Positions 12,301 to 20,000 of a stretch of DNA of 20,000 nt are shown here, in pieces. The translations under genes and the position numbers were made by a program. The notes below the pieces were generated by a model. That model made no database searches. It saw only the letters and a program-made list of their open reading frames with translations, and was not told the origin of the DNA. Within the stretch, counting starts at the first letter, position 1; each line of letters opens with the position of its first letter. Source of the stretch: Atractiella rhizophila (lineage: Eukaryota); contig MU271359.1 in assembly GCA_021432655.1 (NCBI GenBank), positions 61,340 to 81,339 on the forward strand, read 5' to 3'.

Positions 12301-13259
12301 CCAAGGTCAGTTTCTCTCCATACGCTGATACTGTTATATTGACTGTGTCTTAGATTGTCAGGGTCAGTTTTACCATGAGCGCGTACATCACATTCTCAAA
12401 CTTTTTATGCAGGGAAGCAGGTGATCAAGTTCGAGAGTTGGACAGCAAGTTGCAATTCGAGTTTTGTGGGGACAACAGGTTACCCTGTTCTGCGCTTTCC
12501 TTTGACAATCCCTTCTACGACTGTCATTCCCCCATGGGCGTTAATAAACAACATCGGTGGCATATGGACGGAATCCCAAGTGTGTAATTTATGTCAAGTG
12601 TGTTACGGGTCGGCTCACGGAGAGGCTGCAGGCTTACGATAATGCCACTGCAACGACGACGGCAAGTGGGACGCCATCAAATACTTCACCCTCTGATGAT
12701 AACGGTAAAAAAAGTTCTACACCTGTCGGTGCGATTGTGGGTGGTGAGCACACTTTTGCATCAGTACACACAGCATTCTGATGAGTCGATAGGTGTGATC
12801 GGAGGTGTCGCAGTCCTGGCAGCGATTGGGGTTGCGTTCTTCTTCCTTCGACGTCGGTCGAACGCGAAGCAAGAACCACGTCAGCTAAAACCTCAAATGG
12901 GACAAGTGAACGCGTTCAATCCGTCCACCGCGCCATCTCTCAACTCCTCCCCCTTCACGCCACCTCCAGCATCTGAAGCCTCCTATCCTTCCCGTTTCTA
13001 TCCGGGCTCCCCTCCTGCACGCACTGCTTACACGACGCAACACAGCTCTCACGGACACAGTCACAGTCATGAATCTCAACCTATGCTGGGACCTGGCGGT
13101 ATCAGACAAGGTAGTCCTGATATCGATGCAAGTGGACGTGTTATTCCGTGCGTTCTCTTATACCAGTCGTTAAGCCTGTCTTAATGAATTGGACGCAGGG
13201 AAATTCAAAGCGAAGATCTCGCGATGCCCGATACTTACGAAAGCTATGGACGACGGTAG
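9363..13259 (+). CDS. Cys-rich type-I membrane protein (signal peptide, Cys-rich ectodomain, Ser/Thr stalk, one TM helix, Pro/Ser-rich tail); 12 exons
   Basis: Exon 1 is 9363-9517 (MLLLPVFFLLSLRAANAQ...ENVRGQSPCVVTSTLFGACTG). In-frame microexons follow at 11909-11940, 11990-12011, 12064-12078, 12128-12157, 12208-12236, 12294-12305 and 12354-12362 (RVPFNLTALGDNFSGYAGPTSTDPSQWQYNRCLCSNDVYNLIQGCQDCQG). Then 12413-12579, about 12632-12743, 12793-13147 (GVIGGVAVLAAIGVAFFFLRRR) and 13199-13259. Colinear with the paralog at 15466-17017. Confidence 0.85.
10228..11785 (-). CDS. SET9: SET9/Suv4-20 (KMT5)-like histone H4K20 methyltransferase, nested antisense in an intron
   Basis: The spliced frame (four introns of about 50 nt) is intact: LNAAELIKVDD...KAHVIRYLRLFQPSIGFKLAVTTRY...LLGPARFVN|HDCHPNA...VTRTIAKGM|EILVRYSKDYFVGEDGKKTCKCDTC. 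This includes the SET motif RF.NHDC.PN and the post-SET C.C.TC typical of Set9/Suv4-20. Confidence 0.85.
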
Positions 13260-13603
13260 AACTTTCTTCTGGATAGACATTCTGTGCTTGTTTTTGATAT
13301 ACCCTGCGGCAAAACTTGTATTTAGCCTGACTTGTTCACCAGTTGAACCCGTTCATTTATTCCCCTCGACCCTGCTCGAGCAGTTGTAGAGGGAGCCCTA
13401 TACATTTCAGAATACTTTCGTACCTGTCTCCGTTGGCTCCGTTATCAAATTCCGGCAAGACGGCCCGTTGATGCGACGTCATTTTCTCATCTTGCTCTCC
13501 CTCTCCTCAAGGAATTTCGGAAAGCCACCATCATCGCCATCAGCTCGCTTGATCTGCACCCCAACCAATCGCCCGAATCAAAGTAAGAAATCTCGACTAC
13601 ACC

Positions 13604-14503
13604 ATGCCTCTCATCCCCTTCTTGCCTTCCACTACCGTCTTGCCATCCCTCCAGAAGGCACAACTCGTCCCAGCGGTTGCACCAGCAGATTTCCAGCCTT
13701 CCGTCTTCTTATCGATCACGTACAATGGAAAAGAGGTAGAGTTGGGGAAAGAACTGACGCCTGAGGAGACGGCAACTGAACCTGTGGTATCGTTTCTTGG
13801 AAAGGTCTGTTCGTCTCTATCATCATTGACCGAGGGAACTGATGAACTGACGAACTGGTTGATTGGCGCTTAGAATCCAGACAGAAACGAAAGCTATACC
13901 ATCATGCTCCTTGATTTCGTGCGCTTCCCTTCCTCGGAAGTCGTCCTTCTCATTTGCTCACGAAAGCACAGGATGCGCCATCTCCAGCAGACCGCAAATT
14001 CTCTCCTTGGCGGTCTGTCAGTCCCAACCTTCCCGTCCGCCGCTGACTTCTGTCGTTCATCGAGTTAGGCACTGGGTACAACCAGGATTGGTACCTACGA
14101 CGGCTACAGGATTGGAGTCTCTGGTATCTACGACATCCTCAGAGGGCGAGCTCGGGAGTCAAATGGTGAAGACGACATCTGAGGCGGCGACCAGTTATAA
14201 GGGACCTGGGCCAAACGAAGGGAGCGGGCGCGTCCTTGCCTCTGCCTTCTCTGCTTCAATCGGAAATTGATCCGGTTTGGGAACAGGTTGCATCGTTATG
14301 TCTTCCTCCTCTACCTCGAGACATCTCCTGGTCAAGTGACAAAAGAAAGCACGGGAGGAGACGTGTTTGAGTCCAGACGAACGTGGAAGCATGAAGAGTT
14401 CGTCAAGGAGAAAGGCCTGGAGCTCGTTGCTACCACTTGGTTCAAATGTCGGAATGCGAAGGATAAGGAGGCGGACCTGAAAGGAGCGAATGACTTTTTG
14501 TGA
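13604..14503 (+). CDS. Phosphatidylethanolamine-binding protein (PEBP / Tfs1 carboxypeptidase Y inhibitor-like)
   Basis: Exons 13604-13804, 13874-13918, 13972-14012, 14069-14227 and 14287-14503 give ...GKELTPEETATEP...YTIMLLDFDAPSPADRKFSPWRHWV...YKGPGPNEGSGLHRYVFLLY..., with PEBP motifs D.DAP, HW and G.HRY. Confidence 0.9.
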
Positions 14504-15465
14504 GCTGTCGCCAGCCAGTTAAAGCTGGATTTGTCTGTGGTGCAAATTTGGGGAGTAAACTATCAAGATGGGATAAATGAGAAATCTAGCGATGTACACT
14601 ACTCAGAGAACTTTTCACACTGTAACATTGTAACCTCTGTTTCAAAGGGTTTGCTGAAGGCAAGAACTTGAAATGAAAGTTTTGAATAACGACCAGGATC
14701 CGTGCTAGTCGACCAATCTGCAAGAAATGTGCTGTGTGAATGTGTGAGCTCCCGCACGCCTCCACGAGCCAGCGTATATTCATCCAGGGCAGCAAGATCA
14801 TCTGGATGATCATCATATTTCACGTCCCTTACATTCGAATGGGTTTCGAATACGAATACTATCAACTTTTCGCCCCAGTCGTGGAATTGCCCACCGCCTG
14901 AAAGCACATTCAGGTCCATTTCCCCACAAATCCTCGCTCAACGTTGTAACTTACTACTAGGCTGAGTTTCAAAAGTGGCTGGCTTCAAGTTGTGCAAGAA
15001 GGAGAAGGAATCAAACTGAGGGGGTTGACATGACACCGTTGAAGTTCAAGGGAGACGAGAAAAAAAGAAAACGTCACACATGCATAATAGAGAGATTCGA
15101 CAAGAGTTCCAGGACGAGTTCAAGCAATGGTGGATCCATTGGTAGCGTTTCTGTGACAGACGCTTTGTTGTATTTCTTCGTTGTGGAGTTGTGGATAATC
15201 CATGAGATCCAGCATGGAACTTGAACCCAATCCTAACCTCTTGTCTGAACCAGGGACATGTCCCTATCTTTTCTGGCTGAAAGAGCGCTTTGTTGCTGTT
15301 TCTCTGCTCACAATAATGTATTCTCTTGCCTCATCGGCTCATCTTTGATGCTTCCCCATCCCGTTCCCTTGGTAAACATTGTACTGAAGCATTGTGTCGA
15401 AGGATTTGACTTGGCCAAGTTATTTTCCTGAGATAGGTATCACATTCCACCAGGTATCAAACATC

Positions 15466-17017
15466 CTAAAACCTCCCCCTCCCCTCATCCTGAACCTCCG
15501 CCAACCCATTATAAGTCTGACTAGCCCCATAATTCTGCAAACTCGGAAGCGAAGCGAAACTTCCAAACCTCTCCACCTGTCTCTCCTTCGCATCGTCGCC
15601 CGACCACCTCACCGCCTCCCTTTCATTCGGCGCCATATTCACAGAATACGACAAGGACGGCATAGGTACATGTCCCACGCTCCCTCCTCCTCCAACTCCT
15701 CCGACTCCGAAACCGTTGTTGAAGGCGTAACCACCATGTCCAGATGAAGAGGGAACGTAGGACGACGCGGGAGTGATCATTCGTCCCGGGACTTGGGCCA
15801 TCGGAGGTTGTCCTTGTCCTTGTCCTTGTCCTCGTCCCTCAGGACGCGTTTGGGGGAGGACGGATGAGGTGTTGCGTTGGGGATACAGTTTGTTGATGTA
15901 CCACACTCCGGCACCGACGAGACTGATGAGAGCGAGGCCACCGATCACTGAAAGAAAAAACAAGAAGCGCGTCACAAAACATCAGGAAAAGAGACGAAAA
16001 AGCGAAAGGGGAAGCAAGGAGATTACGTACCGCCGCCCACTATCGCTCCTGTACTGTTACTCCCTCCCCCTCCATCTCTACCGGACCCCGTCCCACTCCC
16101 TGTGCTTTGTGGCGCGCTAGTCACCCTGGTAGCTGAGAAGGAAGCGACGCTCGATGACGAAGAATCAGTGTCCACTATCCCAAGTGCGCTTTTCACTTCA
16201 GCTTGGGACCACGTGCCGTCGGTGTTATCGATGAACGTCCACGGAGCGAGGGCGGTGATGGAGGGCACGGCGACGGGTAGTTTGAGCGATGGGAAGCCTT
16301 CTGCACCTGTGAAACTCTGTTCCACGAAACACCAACCACAAACAAATTGATGTCAGATGTGGCAGGTACGAGAGAGGGGAGAGGGACGCACGGAGTTGCA
16401 GGATTGCGTGAAGGCTGTGAAGGAGAGGACGGTCTTGGATTGACAGGACTCGCAGGCGGAGATTAGGTTGTATATTGGCATTGAACATCTGCCAAGTGTA
16501 GTTAGTACACTTCCATGAAAGGAGGAACTGTCTATAGATACAGCGAAAAAGACGAGGCCCATAAAGCACGAGAGAAGACGCTCTTCCTCAATACAGCACT
16601 TGGCAAGCAAAGATGTTTGGTTTATTTTTATTGTAGGTTCTTAACGAGTTAATATTTGATGTATTTCTGGTTTAAGAAACACATGAAATGTTGGTCTTCC
16701 ATAACTTCCCATTGACACTGAACACAGAAGACAACTCACAGGCACTGATTGTACAAGAACTGACTCGAATCCGTGCTCGTCGGCCCAGCATACCCACTGA
16801 ACTCTGGCGCGAGTGCCTGGAGGTTGAACGTGCCGACGGTGTTGGTGCAAGCGCCGAACATGGTGCTGAGTACGATGCAGGGGTTCTGGGCGAGGTTATT
16901 GTTCATGAAAGCCAAGTCGGCGGAGCAGGTGGCATCGGTGAGTTGGGCGAAGGCATGGTTGGTGCTAAGGGAGAGGACGGAAAGGAAGGAGAGTAGGACG
17001 GTGGCTAGAAAGGGCAT
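15466..17017 (-). CDS. Cys-rich type-I membrane protein, paralog of 9363-13259; 4 exons
   Basis: Exons 17017-16740, 16488-16392, 16316-16031 and 15947-15466. Signal peptide, then CSADLAFMNNNLAQNPCIVLSTMFGAC...FSGYAGPTSTDSSQFLYNQCLCSMPIYNLISACESCQ, a Ser/Gly stalk, TM helix GAIVGGVIGGLALISLVGAGVWYI and a cytoplasmic tail. Confidence 0.87.
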
Positions 17018-18915
17018 TGGCGCTGAACCTCCCTGAGGCCAGTTGGAGACTCGCTCCGTGAGTAAGGAAAAAAGCAGGAAAAAGGACGAGTGAAAGGCGA
17101 AGGAAGGATCCCAGATCGTCGTTGAAGATATCATAAGCGCTGTACGTAATTGTATCCTGGCGTGTTTCCAACCAGAAACGGACCTGCCGCAGATTTTACG
17201 CGGACCTGATATCCTGATTGGATACTTAGGAGAAGACTTTCTACAAAGAAATGAATCTTTCAAAGGATACTTATACTTAACTCGCAATTCCTGACATTAG
17301 CTTTTTTGAAATAAGAAGTAAATATGGGCGATATTCATTCCATTGGATAAACTGGCATTGTCCCTCATGATTTCTATTTCACCGCGGATTGTTGAATGTT
17401 CAATCATCAGGACAAAAACCTATGCTCCTGTGTCAACTGGTTCAGAAAGAGAGACATAAAACGCTTACAGATGACTCCAACGCCTTCACAAGGCGGCTTA
17501 CAACCGGGAAGGATTTGCCTTTCTTGCATGGTGTTCTGTCACCCGCCCTTCTCCTCAGCACGGTTTGATTTCGAATGAAGAGAACTCACGGGGACAGTAA
17601 CTGCTAAAGCAGAGACTATCATCGCAAAGAGAAGAGACAGTCGCGCGCTGTTCATGTTTTCTGGGTTCTTATCCTCCAAACGTTCGATGCCTCTCATCTT
17701 GTCTGACACCTCCTTTATATCACATCCATTGCTCGCACATAAGCTTGGGAGTTAAACGGGGACGGTGCGAGAGGAGAGGATCGAAGGAGAAATCATAAAC
17801 CGAAGTCCGTCTTAGCTGCCTATAACTGCAACGACGAGGGGGAGGGACGCTATTGGCTCGTCTTCTTCTCGTGAAGTAAAAGAGTCTGGGAAAGCATGAC
17901 ATGGAGAAAGGTGATTGGACGCTTCGGTCTCGTGCGGAGGATCGAGGAGCTCTTTTGATGTCAAGCGAGAGGACTGTTTCCCGTGTTGTATTCACTGTTA
18001 GAAACCATATTTTGATGGAAGGGATAGAAAAATACGCGCATAATAGACGTCACCTCGGCACCATCGAACTCGCATGAACAATGCTTTCTTTTGCGGAATG
18101 TTCCTCCAAAGCTCAAGACATTTCGAGTTGAAAAACCGAAGGTCACATCCTCGTCTCCTTCATAACCACACCAACGGCCTTTCCTTCTCCCAATTCCTGT
18201 CTCTACTAGTAGCATGCTCTTGTTCTAGGATATGAGGTCAAGCAGTCCACCCGTTGAGGGATTGGTAGCCACGTTTGTGCCTTTCAGTTGCTTGAGTGCA
18301 GAGAGAGTCCATCTTCCAGTGGGAGCAAGGAGCGTTTGAGGATCGCAACGGCGGTTCCTTCCTTCCTTGCAGGCTTTGATCTGGTCGTTTTATCGCGGCA
18401 GGGACTGGAAGCGAAGAGAGGTTTGTCTATACATCGAAGAATATGACGAATTTGCAACTTTAGCTCTTAACAGTTAATCGTTAGTGACCCCCATAAGAAC
18501 CAGTAGAGATCAATGGAGAGGATACTGGTTGGAAATGAGACTGGGATGGAATAATCTGCAACGAGGGGGCTAAAGAAATAGAATTCAAAGTTCGGGTCAT
18601 TGATGGAGATCGGATGCATGTACTGTTACGTAATGGATTGGCGTTGGCGTTGGAACTCCAACAGAACGATGTGGTGAGGTGAATTTATGGAAAGGCCTCC
18701 CAAAAGCACACCAGTAGCTTGCTGCAAATCTAGAGGGCAGAAATATGATGATGAGGCTTCAGCTGCTCGTTCCCGCCGAACCTTACGTTTTCACACCTCC
18801 CGCACTTGCTCGTTTTAGCCCTTCCCCCCCAAGCAAGGTAGTAACAACCACCATTGTCCCCACTGAGAAGTAGCATTGTTCCCCAAAGAACTAGATATAT
18901 AATAAAACAATCACG

Positions 18916-20000
18916 ATGAGTTCGAATTCCCAAAGCGACATCGACATTAGCGACTTCCTCAGGAACAACTTGAACGCCAACCTGAACGGCGTCGCCAACG
19001 ATGGATTCCAGCGAGATATCACTCTCCAACAGGCCAATGCTGCCGCCAGAAAGACTTGCGACGCTCAAGAAACGAAGTTCAAGCAAGCAGAGCCTGAGAT
19101 ATTCCATTCGCATGATGTGAAGGAGGGGGAGCTGGTGAGCGAAATGGGAGGGACGAATGAGGCGGCGGGGAAGAAGAAGAAGAATCCAATGGCTTGCATG
19201 GGTTGCAAAAAGCTGTTCGTACTCTCTCTTCTCTTTAGATATCGGTTTCGTTGCGTCCATTCGTTGTCCCTCCTCGCCTCTCTTGTTCTGCCTCTTTCCA
19301 GCCACCCCTTGCATCCTGTCTGCTCCACCTTTCTACCATGTAGATTGACGCAATTCTGGATGGAATAGGAAAAAGTTGTGTGACGGTGACGGCAAGAAGC
19401 CATGTTCTCGTTGCGTGAATAAGTGGAACAAGAACGGCAAAGGGGAAGAGGGGATCTGCGAGTACAGGAAGAATACAGCGTGGGTCTCTTTCTCCCTAAT
19501 CTCCCTTCTCTCTTGACGTACCTCGTGAGACTGAATTTGGGGCTTGGTGGATAGGAAAGAGACGGAAAAGAATAGGAAGCCGAAGAAGCCATCGAACCTT
19601 GATGGTATGAAGAAGGACGAGAGCGTGTTGACGAAGCAGAGGAAGAGAGTCGCGCCAGAGGACGACACGGCGAACGAGGCTGGAAGAAAGAAGATTAAGA
19701 CAACGACGATGCAAGACCAGCCTGAATACCCAAACGCATCCTGTGTGAACATTTCGACTTTGAACTGGTCCGGCAACCTTGCCCCTGCCAACGCCGCGCA
19801 AACCACAGCTCCCTTTTCTTCGATCCAGCCCACAATCAATCCGTCTGCCATACCTCAATCGCAATATGGCGACATGGTGAATGGAGGGTTCGCACCGCAG
19901 CTCCAACAGAATGGACACCAGGTCGTAGGAGGCGAAGCTTTTGGGGAAGGAAACGACTCGAATCCATTTTTCAACTTCAACAGTTGGAACATGGCCGCGA
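18916..20000 (+). CDS. Zn(II)2Cys6 fungal transcription factor, 5' part (runs off the window)
   Basis: Exons 18916-19214, 19369-19479 and 19555->20000 give KKKKNPMACMGCKKLKKLCDGDGKKPCSRCVNKWNKNGKGEEGICEY, the six-cysteine binuclear cluster. Confidence 0.88.

Noticed and set aside
14599..14919. 106-aa - strand ORF
   Set aside because: No recognisable domain and no convincing splice partners, so not called as a gene. It remains possible as a pseudogene fragment.
15806..15832. (CCTTGT)n microsatellite
   Set aside because: Simply encodes the GQGQGQGQ low-complexity tract of the membrane protein tail.
18730..19918. Several long - strand ORFs overlapping the Zn2Cys6 gene
   Set aside because: Antisense shadows of a well-supported + strand gene, with no motifs of their own.

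Overview
Gene-dense eukaryotic DNA, inferred to be from a basidiomycete fungus (typical spliceosomal introns of about 45-70 nt, microexons, fungal gene families). Hand-spliced genes: the 3' end of a short-chain dehydrogenase, a LYAR-type zinc-finger protein, an MTQ2/N6AMT1 methyltransferase, MIM2, an F-box/LRR protein, RIO2 kinase, two paralogous Cys-rich single-pass membrane proteins, a SET9-like H4K20 methyltransferase, a PEBP-family protein and the 5' part of a Zn(II)2Cys6 transcription factor. The unusual architecture is three outsized introns: 940 nt in MTQ2, 899 nt in RIO2 and 2391 nt in a membrane-protein gene. The largest contains a complete antisense SET9-like gene. These introns and several intergenic gaps hold 0.7-0.9 kb non-coding blocks that look hairpin-rich by eye, with G-U pairs pointing to the + strand whatever the host orientation. 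That structural signal is untested and needs folding and shuffle statistics. Also noted: an NPPY-to-NFPY change in the MTQ2 catalytic motif and a probable premature stop in the F-box gene.
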